Source: the human T2T-CHM13v2.0 reference genome, Homo sapiens. Taken from it: 64,000 bases of DNA. A model generated the notes under the pieces. It was not told the DNA's origin. It worked only from the letters and a program-made list of their open reading frames with translations, and ran no database searches. Positions 28,455 through 43,966 of the stretch are shown piece after piece; position 1 is the stretch's first letter; every line of letters begins with the position of its first letter. Position numbers and translations under genes: made by a program. The stretch lies in the NCBI RefSeq assembly GCF_009914755.1, contig NC_060925.1. One strand, 5' to 3'.

Positions 28455-31400
28455 TTTTTATTGTATTTTTAATTGACATAAAAGTTATATATATTTATTG
28501 GGTGCATAATGATGTTTTGATACATATTATGTATAGTGATCAGATCAGAATAATTGGCATAACCATTATCTTGAACATTTATCATTTCTTTGTGTTTGGA
28601 ACATTCAGTATCCTTCTACCTATGTGAAACTATATATTATTGTTAACTATAGTCATCTGACAGTGTTTTAGAACACAAGAACTTATTCCTCCTATTTAGC
28701 TGTAATTTTGTACCCTTTCACACATTTTTCCCTATCCCTCCTTCTTCCTACCCTTTCCAGCTACTAGTCTCTTGTTCTACTTTTTACTTCTATGAGATTG
28801 ACTTTTTAAAGCTTCCACATATGAGTGAGAATATGCAGTGTTTAACTTTCTCTTCCTGGCCTGTTTTATTTAAGGTATTGTTCTCTAGTTGTTTCATCCA
28901 TGTTGCCATGATTGACTGAGAGGATTTCATTGTGTTTTATGGCTGAATAGTGTTCCACTCTGTACATTTATCACATTTACTTTACCCACTTACCTGTGGT
29001 TCAACACTTAGGTTATTTTCATATCTTGGCTATTGTGAATAGTGCTACAATAAACATGAAGGTGCAGATGTTCCTTTGATATACTGATTTCTTTTCCTTT
29101 AGATAAATGCCCAGTAGTAGGGTTGCTGGAAAATATGTCACTCTATTTGTAGTTTTTTGAGGAGTCTCCACACTGTTCTCCATAGCAGCTGTACTAGTTT
29201 ATATTCCCACCAACAATGTCTACAAATTCTCTTTCCTCTGCATCCTTGCAAAGTTTTTTTTAAATATCTATTTGAACTGGGATATGATAATACCTTATTC
29301 TGGTTTTGAGTTGCATTTTCCTGATTCGTAATGTTGAGCATTTTTAAATAGATTTCTTGGCCATTTCTATGTCTTCTTTTGAGAAACATCTGTTCAGATC
29401 ATTTGTGCATTTGATATTCAGGTTGTTTCTTGTTGTTGAGATGTTTGAGTTCTTTAAATATTCTGGATATTAATCCTCTGTCAGATTAATAGTTTGCAAA
29501 TATTTTCTTCCATCCTGTAGGCTGACTTTTCACTTGTTATTTCCTTTAATGTACAGAAGTCTTTTAGTTTGATATAATTCCATTTATTTATTTTTGTTTT
29601 TCTTGCCTGTGCATTTGAGGTCTTATTCACAATATTTTTTCCCAGACACATGTTCAGAAACATACTCTATGTTTTCTTATAGTAGTTTTATAGTTTGTTG
29701 CCATACATTTGGGTCGACAATTAATTTTGAGTGGTTTTTTGCATTGGGTGAGAGGAGGAGAGTTAGTTTCATTCTTCTGCATGTAGATAGCCAGTTTTCT
29801 CAGCACTGGTTATTAGACTGCTCTTTCCCCCAGTGGGTGTTCCTGGTGCTTTTGTCAAAAATTAGTTGGCTGTAAATATATGAATTAATTTCTGGATTTT
29901 ATACTCTGTTCCATTGATCTATATGTCTGTTTTCATGACATTACCATGCTGTTTTGGTTACTACACGTTTGTAGCATATTTTGAAGTCTGGTACTGTGAT
30001 ACCTATAGCTTTGTTCTTTTTGCTCAAAGTTCCTTTAGCTATTTGGGGTCTTTTGTGGTTCCATACAATTTTTAAGACTTTTTTTCTATTTCTATGAAGA
30101 ATGTCATTGATGTTTTGACAGGGACTGCATAGAATCTGTAGATTGCTTTGGATAGTATGGTCATTTTAACAATACTGATTCTTCTGATTCAGGAGCATAG
30201 GATGTCTCTCTATTTATTTGTATCTTCTTCAATTTCTTTCATCCATGATTTGTGGTTTTTCTTGCAAAGGTCTTTCTCCTCCTTATTTAAATTTATTCTT
30301 AGGTATTCATTTTTTTGTAGCTACTGTAAATAGGATTTCCTTTGTGCTTTCATTTATAGCTAGTTTGTTGTGCATGTATAGAAATGCTACTGGTTATTAT
30401 ATGTTGATTTTATATTATAAAAATTTACTAAATTTGTTTTTCTGTTCAAAAGTTTTTGGTAGAATATTTAGGTTTTTCTATATATAAGATAACGTCTTCT
30501 GCAATCAGGGACAATTTGACTTTCTCCTTTTTAATTTGAAAGCCCTTTATTTTTTTATCTTGCTTAAATTCTCTGGCTAGAACTTCCAATACTATGTTTT
30601 GAATAAGTGGTGAGAGTGGGTATATCTGTCTAGTTTCAGTTCTTAGAAGAAAAGCTTTAAACATTTCTTCATTTAATAAGATGTTAGCTATGGGTTTGTT
30701 AGATATGGGTTTTATAAGGTTGAGGTATTTTCTTTCTATACCTAATTTATTGAGAGTTTTTAATCACAAAGGAGTGTTGAATTTTACCAAATGCTTTTTC
30801 TGCATCTATTAAAACAGTCATATGTTTTTGTCCTTCGTTGTAATAATATGATGTGTGATGTTTATTGGATTCTGTATGTTGAATCATACTGGAATTCCTG
30901 AAATAAATCCCAGTTGATCATGGTGTATTATCTTTTGGATGTGTTGTTGGATTTTGTTTGCTTGCATTTTGTTGAAAATTTTTGCATCTATGTTCATCAT
31001 CAGGAATATTGGCCTACAGTTTTCTTTTCTTGTTGTGTCCTTGGCTAATTTTGATATCAGGGTCATGGTGGTCTCAAATGAGTTAGGAAGAATTACCTCT
31101 GCTTTAATTTTTTTTCAATGGCTTGAGAAGAATTGATATTAACTTTTCTTTAAAGATTTGATAGAATTCAGCAGTGAAACCATCTACCTCTGGAATTCTT
31201 TTAGTTGGGAGATTTTTATTACTGATTTAATCTTGTTACTTGTTACCTACCCTCTTCATGTTAAATGGCTTAACGTATGGTCAGTCCTGGTGCATGTTTC
31301 AAGTGCTAATGTGTTGTGGGAAGTCAGGGACCCTGAACAGAGGGACTAGCTGAAGCCACAGCAGAAGAACATAAATTGTGAAGATTTCATGGATGTTTAT

Positions 31401-32910
31401 TAGTTCCCCAAATTAATACTTTTATAATTTCTTATGCCTGTCTTTACTGCAATCTCCGAACATAAATTGTGAAGATTTCATGGATATTTATCACTTCCCC
31501 AATCAATACTCTTATAATTTCCTATGCCTGCCTTTACTTTAATTTCTTAATCCCATCATCTTCATAAGCTGAGGATGTATGTTGCCTCAGGACCCTGTGA
31601 TGCTTGTGTTATCCATACAAATTGTTTGTAAAACATGTGTGTTTGAACAATAGGAAATCTGGGCACCTTGAAAAAGAACAAGATAACAGTGATTCTCAGG
31701 GAACAAGGGAGATAACCATAAGGTCTGACTGCCTGTGGGGCTGGGCAGAACAGAGTCATATTTCTCTTCTTGCAGAAAGCGAATAGGAGAAATATCACTG
31801 AATTCTTTTCCCAGCAAGGAATAACCCTGGGAAGGGAATGCATACCCAGTGGGAGGTCTCTAAAATGGCTGCTCTAGGAGTGCCTGTCTTATGCCTTTGA
31901 AGATAAGGGATGAAATATGACCTGGTCTCCTACAGCGCCCTCAGGCTTGCTAGGATTAGGAAATTCCAGCCTGGCGAATTCTAGTCAGTCTGGTTGTCTG
32001 CTCTCAAACCTTATTTCCTTTTAAGATGCTTATCAATGACAATGTGTGCCCAGTGGGACATGGAACCTCATTAGTAATTCTAATTTTGCCCTGGCCTTGT
32101 GATCTTGCTCTGCCATATGCCTTGTGATATTTTATTGCCTTTTGAAGCATGTGATCTCTGTGATCCACTTCCTGTTTGTACACTCCCTCCCCTTTTGAAA
32201 TCCCTAATAAAAACTTGCTGGTTTTGCAGCTCAGGTGGGCATGACAGAACCTGCCAACATGTGATGTCACCCCTGGAGGCCCAGCTGTAAAATTTATCTC
32301 TTTGTATTCTTTCTCTTTATTTCTCAGACCAGCTGACACTTAAGGAAAATAAGAAAGAACCTACTTTGAAATACTGGGGGCTGGTTCCCCCAGTACAAAG
32401 TAAAGAAGGTAAGTTTTGTAGTTGTTGGATAAAATGTTCTGTAACTGTCTCTTAAGTCCATTTGGTCTATACTGCAGTTTAAAGTCAATGTTTCTTTGCT
32501 GACTTTCTGAGTAGATAATCTGGCCAATGATGAGTGTGGGATGTTGAATTCCCCAACTATTATTTTATTAGGGCCGTTCTTTTAGATAATATTTGCTAGG
32601 CATACTTTGGTGCTCTGGTGTTGGGTACACATATATTTACAATTGTGATATTCCATCGCTGAATTTATTCCTTTATTATTATATAATTTTCTTCATTTTC
32701 TCTTTTTACAGCTTTTGACTTGAAGTTGTTTTTTTCTGATATGAATATAGCTACTCCTTCTTGCTTTTGATCTTCATACATGTGGAATATATTTTTCCAT
32801 CCCTTCACTTTCAGTCTACGTGTGTCATTGCAGGTGAGATGATTTTCTTGTAGGCAGAATATAGTTTTTTCTTATTTTTTAAATCAATTTTGCCAATCTA
32901 CATCTTTTAA
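28455..32910 (-). mobile_element. L1MA (about MA4-MA6) 3' UTR and ORF2, with an internal deletion near 31245 and a MER11 insertion
   Basis: L1MA 3' end 'gtgatcagatcagaataattggc'; minus-strand ORF fragments resemble ORF2 RT ([33 protein letters not shown]). Confidence 0.9.
31312..32395 (+). mobile_element. MER11 (HERV-K11/HML-8) solo LTR, full length
   Basis: 'tgttgtgggaagtcagggaccc'; duplicated 'gaacataaattgtgaagatttcatgga'; AATAAA near 32206; end 'ggctggttcccccagta'. Confidence 0.93.
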
Positions 32911-32914
32911 TTTT

Positions 32915-33053
32915 TTACTATATTTTTTATTTTAAACTTTACATTTTAAATATAATTTGGGTACATAATAGGTGTATATATTTATAGGGTACATGAGATA
33001 TTTCATACAGGCAAGGAATGACTAATAACAATATCAGTGTAAATGGGGTATAG
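32915..33053 (-). mobile_element. Short L1MA(2/3-like) 3' end
   Basis: 'gggtacataataggtgtatatatttatagggtacatgagata'. Confidence 0.75.
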
Positions 33054-34611
33054 TTTAAAAGTATGTTTTAACTCACCTGAAAATATTTTCTAGAGTTTTC
33101 AATAAAAAGCATCAAAGCAAAATAGAATAATTCAAGTAGAGAGAAGTTCCATTTCATAGAAAAACATCTGATATGAAAATCCTAAATAAAACATTAGCTA
33201 GTCAAATACAATAATGCATCACATAAGAAGCTATCAGACATCAATTCAGCCATGATGGAAAGAATAGTACTAGAATTACAATGCCATCATACCTAATAAA
33301 ACTAGAAAACAATACGAAACACCTCTTTTTCAGACATTTAGCAACAGACAGGACAGCATTATGATCTCTGAGAGAAGATAAACAAATAAGCCCTACTATC
33401 TTACCTTTTTTAAAATATGGAGAAACTTTCCAGACTATGGTGCAAAGAGAGTAAACCCAAGCAGAACACAAATGTTTCTTTGAATTAAGGAGAAAGAGAT
33501 CAGAGTTTAAAGAGGCTAAAATGATTGGAAAAAGTATATCTCAGAGACTTCTGCTTCTCTTAATGATGGAAGAACAACAGTTGGATTTACATTGCCATCT
33601 TAAACAGTAAAAATACTGGATAAAATATATAAAAGAACTTATTGTGGACACTGGACAACTGGTAGCACATGGCCATAATCCCTGAGAGATGGGAGTTTCA
33701 CAGAGAAAGAGCTCATGAGATCTGCGTGGTGGTTTCTTTAAGTCTTGGACTGATTTTGATGGACATATGTGTGGAGTGTGACTCCATAAGAGTGGAGAAA
33801 CAATCACTGGAAAGCAAACGATCATCAGAGTTCACACAATGCTGAGAAATTTTGTGTTCCCATTAGTCAATGTGAAGTGGTCTCCAAAATACATGGAGAT
33901 TTGAGTATATTCTTTTGGTAATGGGGTTAAACTAGCACTATTTATTCCTTGGGAGTGACCCAAACATAAAAGCAAGCACTCCAAATATTAAACTGACTTC
34001 TACTACATTAAATGCAGCCAGAACAATGTTGAACATTCATAAAAAAGAATTCTAAAAGGTAACATATAAAATGAATCATATTCATCATCCAGATAATATT
34101 ATCAGGCATGCAAAGAAGTGTGAAACTATGACCCATAAACAGGAGAAATACCAATCAATAGAAACAGATACAAGAATGAGGAAAAGAATTAAATCAGAAG
34201 GCAACTTACTAAGTTTCCTGTGTTAAGAATGAAGTAAAAGTAGAACATAATGAGGAGAGAAGTAGAGTATATATTAAAGATCTAATGGAAATGCTAGAGG
34301 TAAAAAATACAACATAAAAATACATATATTCAACAGAATAATAACAAATTAGACTATAGAGAACAGATAGTGAACCTGAAAGTATAGCAATACAAACTTT
34401 GCAAAAATTAAGCACAGATAAAAAATATCCTGGAAAAAAAAGAGCTCTAATGATTGGTAAAACAATTTCAAGCAATCTAATATAAATGCCATTAGATGCC
34501 CAGAAGAGAAGGAGACAGGGGAAAGAGAAGGGTCAGTCAAAGGTTATCTGAATGAATTATGGTTAAAATTTTCCAAATTTGAAGAAAAGTATAAAATCAT
34601 AGATTGACCAA

Positions 34612-34735
34612 CTAATGTAGATGATGGGTTGATGGGTGCACCAAACCACCATGGCATGTGTATACCTATGTAACAAATCTGCACATTCTGCACATGTATC
34701 CCAGAACTTAAAGTATCATAAAGTAAATAAATAAT
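34612..34735 (+). mobile_element. L1PA7/8-like short 3' end
   Basis: 'ctaatgtagatgatgggttgatgggtgca...gcacatgtatcccagaacttaaagta'. Confidence 0.88.
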
Positions 34736-35517
34736 ATAGAAAATAATTAAAGGAAATCACACTATGGTACATTAAAATAATTTGCAATAAACACTGGTAA
34801 AAAGACATTTTTTAAAGAAGCCAGAGGAAAACAGGAACACTACTTACAGAAGAACAGAGGTAACAACTACATTAGATTCTTTGTCAGAATCTATGTAAGC
34901 CAGAAGACAAAGGCAAAAAAGAAAGTAATAAAAAGACAAAAAGTGTGGGGGAGGGAAGCCTATAAATCTGGAATTTAATACCCAAATAAAATACCTTTCA
35001 GAAAATGGATACAATAAAAACATTTTTAGTAAAAGCTGAAATAATTCATTAGCAGCCAACCTATCTTATCAGATATAGAAAGGAATTTCATCAGATAAAA
35101 GAAAAATAATTTCAGATAAAAACTTGAATCTCCATAAAAGAAAAAGTATCTTCAAAAATGTAATGTACATGTAAATTCAAATACGTAGATAAGTTATTAC
35201 TTTTAATTTTATAAAAAGATAACATAATTTAAATTAAAAATCATAGCAGCATTAAATGGGGTTTATAAAATATATAGAAGTAAAATGCATGATAATAATA
35301 GCCCAAAGAATAAGAGAGAGAAAATAGAAGTATGTTGTTGTAAAGTTTATACACTAATCATGAAGTAGTATAATATAATGTCAAGGAGACGTTGATAACT
35401 TAAAGATATATATTGTATACCTTAAAGTAATCACTAAATGTAAAACAAAGAAATATAGGTAATAAGCCAATGGTCAAGATAGAAGAGAGTCATAAAAATG
35501 TACTCAGTTTAAAATTA

Positions 35518-35946
<429 letters not shown>

Positions 35947-36736
35947 TTAAACTGAAAGGCAAAGATTGCCAGACTGGATTAAAAAGTAAGGCAACTATCT
36001 GCTATCTATAACAAATTGACTTTAAATATAAATATGCAAATAGAATAAAATGAAAAAGATAGTATAACTCTCTACCATGGATCCCAATGAAAAGAAAGCT
36101 GGAATGGATATATTAATATTACACAAAATTGACTTTAGAACAAGGAATATTATCAGGAATATAGAGAGATATTTTAGCTTGATAAAGGAATTAATTCATC
36201 AGGAGGACATAATAAAAAAAAGTATGCATTTGATAATAGAACTAAAAATTACCTGAATTTAAAACTGATAGAACATAAAAGAGAAATAGACAAGTCTACA
36301 ACTATAATTAACATAAACACTTTTCTCAGTTATCAATTAAAAATTTATATAGAAAAGTAATAAGTATAAAGCAGACTTGAAGAAGCACCACAAACAAATA
36401 TACCTAATTGACATTTACAGACTACTCCACAAAACAACAGCAAAATACGTAAGTCTTTAAAGTACACATGGATCATTCATCAAGATAGATATTCTACCAT
36501 AAAAATATCTGAATAAGTTTCAAATGATTTAAATAATAAAACCTTCATTCTCTAACCACAGTGATTTAAAATAGAAATTAGCAATAGAAAGATATCTAGA
36601 AAACAACCCAACGTGGGAAAAGTAAATAAGAAACTTTTAAATAACTCATGGGTTTAAAAATATGTCACAACAGAAATATATTAAATTGATTGAAATAAAA
36701 ACAAAAACTATTGAAATATACAGAGGGTAACTAATT

Positions 36737-36905
36737 CAAGATTGCTCAAGCTATTCTGTGCATTGTAGGATGTTTTGCAGCATCCCTCATCCTTATCCAC
36801 TAGATGCCAGTAGCACTCTTTTCCTCTGTTGTGGCAACCAAAATCTCTCCAGACATTACCAAACGTCCCTTAAAAGGCAAAATTACCCCTAATTGAGAAT
36901 CATTG
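36737..36905 (-). mobile_element. MER20 (hAT-Charlie), partial
   Basis: 'tgtgcattgtaggatg...ccactagatgccagtagcac...ttgagaatcattg'. Confidence 0.85.
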
Positions 36906-39900
36906 AGCAAAGATAGTGCTTAGAGAAAAATTATACCATTAAATGCTGATACTAGAAAAGAAAAAATGGTTTAAAATAAATGCCATAAGTTCTCATCTTA
37001 AGAAACCAGAAATTTATCACATTTACCTTCGACTAAGAATAAAGAAGAACAAGAGAATAAATTAGACAACTAGGAAATCAATTATAATTCTATATAATAC
37101 TAATTAACATTTAAATGTTCTTTGCATAAATAGCATTAAATATACTAAAAATATACTAATATACTCTTTAGTATACTAATATACTAAAAAATACTGAGGG
37201 ATAAATTGTATAAATTATGTGCAAGGACTGAACACTGAAAACCAAAAAATATTGCTGAGAAGTTAAGAAAGACCTAAATCAAGGGAGTGCTATATCATGT
37301 TCATGGATTAAAAGATGCAATATTGATTGTCAAGATATCATTTTTCTGCTAATTGATTCACAGATTCAGTGCAACCCCAAATTGAGAAAAACTTTTATTT
37401 TTTGTTAAGAGGCAAGATTTTTCAAAATTTATATGGAAATGTAAAGCACCTAGAATATGTAACACAATTTTTAAAAAGATCAAAGTTGAAGAATTACATC
37501 CATTGACTTCAAGACATCTATAAAGCTACTGTAAACCAAGACAATGTTATATCACTGCTAAGATAGACAAAACGTCATGATTTGACTAATTTGGCATTTA
37601 TAGAACACCACCTAAACACTACCTTCAACAATATAATAAATAATAGCAGAAAAAACATTTCTCTTCCAAGTGAACATGGAGCTTACACCAACATAGAGCA
37701 TATGCTGGGTAATACAATTCTCAATATATTTTACATTATTGAGATTAGATATAATATATTCTTCAACAAAAACAGAAGTAAATTAGAACCCAATAACAAT
37801 AAATTATCCAAAAAATTCTTAATTATTTAAAAAATAATCACTTCTAACTACCTTGTCTGATAAAAATAAAATAAAAAGGGCAATTGAAAAGTATCTTGAA
37901 TCATATGATTACACAAACACATCAAATTTGTAGGATAGAACTAAAACCATTGCTAGATGGAAATGTGTAGCTTTAAATACTATATTAGAAAATAAGATCA
38001 AAACTCTATTATTTAAGCTTTTGCATTAAGAATCTTAGAAAAAAATGTCCAAATTAAGCCCAAAGTAGAAGAAATATAATAATAACTAATAAAAATTAAT
38101 AAACTAGAAAATGAGTAAACAGAGAGAAAAATTACTAAAACCAAAAGCTAGTTTATTAGAAAAAGCAATAAATTGTTAAATTACTATCTAGACTAATCAA
38201 GAACAGAAAGAAAATATGAATTGCTAATATCAAGAATTACATCGTAAGTATCACTATAGATTTTATAGACCCTAAGGAACAATAAGGGAACACTATGAAC
38301 ATTTGTATTTTCACAATTTAGATGGAATAAACAAATTTCTCTAAATATTCCAATTATGAAAACAGACACAAAGCTTAAAACCTGGCAGTCAATATTTATT
38401 AAATAAAATAATTTTTTAATTAAAACTTTCCCCAAAAGAAAACCCTAGACCACACAATTATTTTGAAATAAAGCATTCAATAAAATTCATAGCACAAATT
38501 ATCTACAGAACAGATATGCAACCCAAAAGGGTCATCATTGAAACATTTACAGCCAAAATCATGTTTAAAGGTGAAAGAATAAAAGCTTTTGTTACTGAGA
38601 TTAAGAACAAGGTAATGCTGTCCACACTCATTCATCATGTCTGTTCATCATTGTTCTGGATATAATATCCAGTGCATTAAAATTTTTAAAAGAAGTCAAA
38701 ATGACAAGAAAAAAATTAAAGCTACTCAAGTTGGAAAAGAAGCAGTAAATTTCTCTTTATATATAGATGCCATGATCAAGCTCATATTAAATTCTAAGGT
38801 GTAGAATTTAATGTATAAAGGTATAATTAGTAAAATATATTTTTATATGCATATATATTATATACCCACAAACATAATTAAACTGTTATTATTTAATTTA
38901 ATAAAAATTCAATTATGTTTGTATGTATGTGATACATATATATGTATAACATATTCATATCTTTTACTACTATAGGCATACATGCACACATACACACTAA
39001 TAATTGAATTTAGTAAAGTTGCACAATACAAGGCCAATATACAAAAATAAATTTTATTTCTTTATATGTTATATTTTTATATATTTTAATTTCAAAAAAT
39101 AGAACATAAAATTTAAAAACCTTTACAATAGTTTCCAAATTAAAGCAAATATATTGAAAGCTTCTTCACTGAAACCTATAAAACATTGTAGGGGAAAACT
39201 GTAGAAGACCGAAAAAAATCAAGAGTTATGCTATGATGATCAATTGCAAGACTCAATATTGTTAAGTTGTCAGTTCTTCCTAAATTAATGTATAGATTCA
39301 ATGCATTGCCATACAAAATTCCAATAGGCTTTTTTGGTGTGTAAATTGATAATACAATCCTAAGATTTACAGAGAAATGAAAACGACATAATATACAGGG
39401 CAATTTTTAAAAGAACAAAGTTGGAGGACTTGTAGTACCTGGTACTGACTCAAAACTCACTATAAAACTACAGATTCAAGACATCATGATATGGATGCAA
39501 GGATAAACATACAGATAATGGAACAGAATAGAGAGTTCAGTAATACCCATGTAAATATATTCAAGTGATTTTTTATTAAAATCCCCAAATATTTTAATAT
39601 TAAAATTATATTTTTTCACAAATAATGTTGTCATCAATATATATTTGTATAAAAAATGAATCTTGATTCTTACTCCATATTTTACAAAATTAAGTAAAAC
39701 TGAATCATCAACTTAAACTAGAATACCATTAGAGAATAGCAGAAAATCTTCATGACTTTGGGGTTGACAAAGATTTTGTAGAACTTACTAGCCATAAAAG
39801 AAAAATATTAAATTAGACTTCATCAAAATTGAAAATTTAAATTTTGCTACATCCATAAAATGAATATACTACTCAGCAAGAAAAGCATTTCCAGTAAATG

Positions 39901-40342
39901 AAGGCTCCCATAAAAGTGAACATACTGTACGATTCAATTTATATAAAATTATGAAACAGGCAAAACTAACATATAGCGCAGGGCAGATTTTTTGTATCCT
40001 GGTTTAGAAGTAGGGATAAAATTACTGCAAAGAGATAAATGCAATTCTTTTGGAGATAGAAATGATTTGGTCCTAACTTAGATGGTGGTTACATGGGTGC
40101 ATACATATGTCAGAACTTACTGCACTGTGTGCTTAAAATTGATGCATTTCATTGTATTCAATTTTTATCTCAAAAACTGATTTAAAGCGAAAAATATATT
40201 ATGCTGTAGTAAAGTTTATTACAAGAATGAAATGGTTAATATTAGATCGTATATCAATTTCTGATGAAACATGTCATTAAACCAGAAATAGAAGGGAATG
40301 TCTTTAACTTTATCAAGTGATAACAGTGAATAAAACCTAAAG

Positions 40343-40569
40343 CAAGCTTGTCCAACCTACGGCCTGCAGGCTGTACGCAGCCCAGAACAACTTTGAATGC
40401 AGCCCAGCACAAATTCATAAACTTTCTTAAAACATTATGAGATGTATGCAGAGACCATTTTTTTTTCGGTTCGTCAGCTATCGTTAGTGTTAGTGTATTT
40501 TATGTGGGACCCAAGACAATTCTTCTTCTTCCAATGTGGCCCAGAGAGGCCAAAAATTGGACACCCCTG
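40343..40569 (-). mobile_element. MER30
   Basis: 'caagcttgtccaacc...ttggacacccctg'; TSD acctaaa(g/c). Confidence 0.92.
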
Positions 40570-40878
40570 ACCTAAACCTATATGAAACACCATATTTAAT
40601 CAAGAAACTCTAGAGATTTTCCCAAGGTGAAGATCAAGACAAAGATGCTTACCATCACTGCTATTTTTTGAGCAATAATGAAGATCCTGGCCAATTTTGT
40701 AATTAGAGGAAAAGAAAAAAAACTTTAATAATTGAAAAAAAGGGATTAAACTACCATTATTTACACATAATATGTTCATCAATAATTTAAAAAATTTAGA
40801 GACAATGAACAATCCAATTATTCTATCTAATTAGAGAGTTCAGCAAATGTACTGCATAAAATAGCTAAAACAAATTAA

Positions 40879-41423
<545 letters not shown>

Positions 41424-42378
41424 CTCTACAACATCAATTAGAATTGATGTTCTAAGTAATCAATTAGAAAATAACCTAACAAAGGATGAACCACACATTT
41501 ATGGAGATAATTAACGTCTTTGTTAAAGAACTTAAAAACAGATCTAACTAAATGGGATGATATTTCCTATCTACAGATAGGGCAACTTATTATTACAAAA
41601 TATAATTCTTTAAAATCACTTATAAAGTTAAGGCAGTCCCAATCAAAATTACAGTTGAATCTTTTTAACAGCTTGGCAAACACCTTTTAAACGTTAAATG
41701 AGAGATTAAAGAGCAATAAAAAAGAAAAGTGAAGAGAGATGTCCTACTTTTCAGATATTTAGATAAACCTCAAAATTATTTAGTACAATTAATATGGTAT
41801 TCTGGGAGAAATAAATAGACCAAAAGAGCAGAACCCAGAAAAAGGCTCATTTATATATGGAAAAATAATTGATGGTAAATACAGCACCACAAGTGGATAT
41901 AAGTATCATTTGGTAAAGAGTGTTTGAAAACTGCTTACTATTTTGCAAACAAATAAACCTGGATGACTAATTAACATTGAATACAAAAGTGGAGTTCTGA
42001 TGTAGTAGACATCGAAAAGGTACATTATAATACTACTGGAAGAAAAGGAAGAAAGCTATCCTGTAATGGGGCATAGGTGGAGAAAGTCTTAAAATCCCCC
42101 AAAGCACAAATCAAGATACAAATACAAGAACGGATTTGACTAAATGAAATTAACTATATACATAGTACATTGTATACGGAATTCCTAAAAATCACAACAA
42201 CGAAAGAGAACAGAAAACGAATTTGAAAGGTGAGAAGGCTTTATATTTATAATACACGCAAAGAGAAGTCCCAAACTAATCACAAATATCTTGAGATATT
42301 CAAACTCATCAGTAATTGGATGAATCAAATAAAAATAAAATAATAATTGACATCCATGAGATAAACAAAGAAATTATT

Positions 42379-42677
42379 ATTATTTTTAAGAGACAGAGTC
42401 TTGCTCTGTCACACTGGCTGGAGGGCAGCAGCACCATCATAGCTCACTGCAGCCTCAAACTCCTGGGCTCAGGCCATCCTTCTTCCTCAGTCTGCTGAGT
42501 AGCTAGGACTACTGGTGTAAACCCCCATCCCCAGCTAATTTATTTCTTAATATTTTTTGTGGAGATGGTGGCTCGCTGGGTTGCCCAAGCTGGTCTCAAA
42601 CTCCTGGCCTCAATTGTTCCTCCCACCTCAACCTCTGAAAGCACTGGGATTACAGGCATCAGACATTGTGCCTGATC
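42379..42677 (-). mobile_element. AluJ
   Basis: J-type 'atcatagctcactgcagcctcaaactcctgggctc'; TSD agaaatta. Confidence 0.92.
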
Positions 42678-42809
42678 AGAAATTACTAGTAAAACCAAAT
42701 TTGTAGCAATTATTGAGAGATAGGAACACTCAGGCACTCCTGGTGAGATTACAGCTGTTCTATAAAATAATTTGCAGTGCTTATGAAATTAAGTACATCT
42801 ACAAACTTA

Positions 42810-43060
42810 ATTATGAGTATATCTGTAATAGTGTATATTCATACTTACTGTGTATGTGGACATCTTGATTATGGAGTATGTGTTCTTCACTGCCCACTCC
42901 AAATACATTTCCCACACTTATTGTATATGTTTTCATCCTTTGTGGGTTTGTGTACCTCTTTATATCCTTACTGTGTAGGTATATGTGTTTATTAGTGTAT
43001 ATTCATGCTTATGTCGTGCATGCATTCTTGCTGAGTATGTGTGCATACTTTCTGAGTATG
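42810..43060. repeat. Decayed ~21-bp minisatellite
   Basis: Recurrent variants of 'catacttactgagtatgtgtg'. Confidence 0.55.
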
Positions 43061-43422
43061 ATTCAGGAAACCCACTCCTGTAATATGTTCTAGAGAAATT
43101 CTCTCATAGGTTCATAAGCAGACTTGTATGAGGTCGTTATATCATCATGCGTTATAGCAAGGAGCTGAAGGCAATCTAGTGATAGAATAGATCAGAAAAT
43201 GTGGTAGAACCATACTTCAGAATCCAATACAATACTTCAGTATAAACTGATAGTATCGTAGATACATGGCTACTTAAAAAATTCACTGAGGGAATAAAAG
43301 TAAGAAACAGATAAATACTGTTTATGTAAATTCAAAACACATACACACAAAAACACTTCACATTTTAAAAGGAAATGTGAATGTTTAAGGATATATCATA
43401 TCTATATATGATATATAGATAT

Positions 43423-43423
<1 letters not shown>

Positions 43424-43457
<34 letters not shown>
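43424..43457. repeat. (TAGA)8 microsatellite
   Basis: 34-bp perfect tetranucleotide run. Confidence 0.97.
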
Positions 43458-43966
43458 TTCTCATATAAATGAGAATCAGGATCTAGGGTGAAGTGGGAGG
43501 AGAGTAAAACAAGGGCAGGGCCTTGCATCAACATAACAACTGTGCTCATATCCGCAAGTGCCCTGCATAGGAAATAAGGTGAATCAACCCCCTAAATTTA
43601 TGAGTTGTGGTAGCCCTGATGATGAGGAATATGACTAACAACTTTTTGTAATTTGCCCAAAATGGGAATAGAAATCAAAGATGAAAGAGAGAATGTCAAA
43701 TTGAATTTATAAAGCTTAGACATTTATAATGAGCATACATTGAGCATAGATGGGTATATATTACAATGCTTTCTTAGGGTATTTTAGCACATCTTTACTA
43801 AAAATTATATGAGATGATTCAACAAATACCAACGAAATACTCTATTTTTTGTATTTATTTCAAAATGACCCTCATAATTTATAATGTGATTTAAATATAT
43901 TTTTCCCAAATTATAGTAAATATACTTTGCAAAGTCATTCTTTCTAGATGGAATTAAATTACTTAC

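Noticed and set aside
31367-31540. ~90-bp tandem repeat 'gaacataaattgtgaagatttcatgga...'
   Set aside because: Intrinsic to the MER11 LTR consensus.
29138-32527. ORFs resembling reverse transcriptase/endonuclease
   Set aside because: Frameshifted remnants of L1MA ORF2; not functional CDS.
33240-33900. Two similar ~300-bp units
   Set aside because: Consistent with tandem subunits of old L1 5' UTRs; not a locus-specific duplication.
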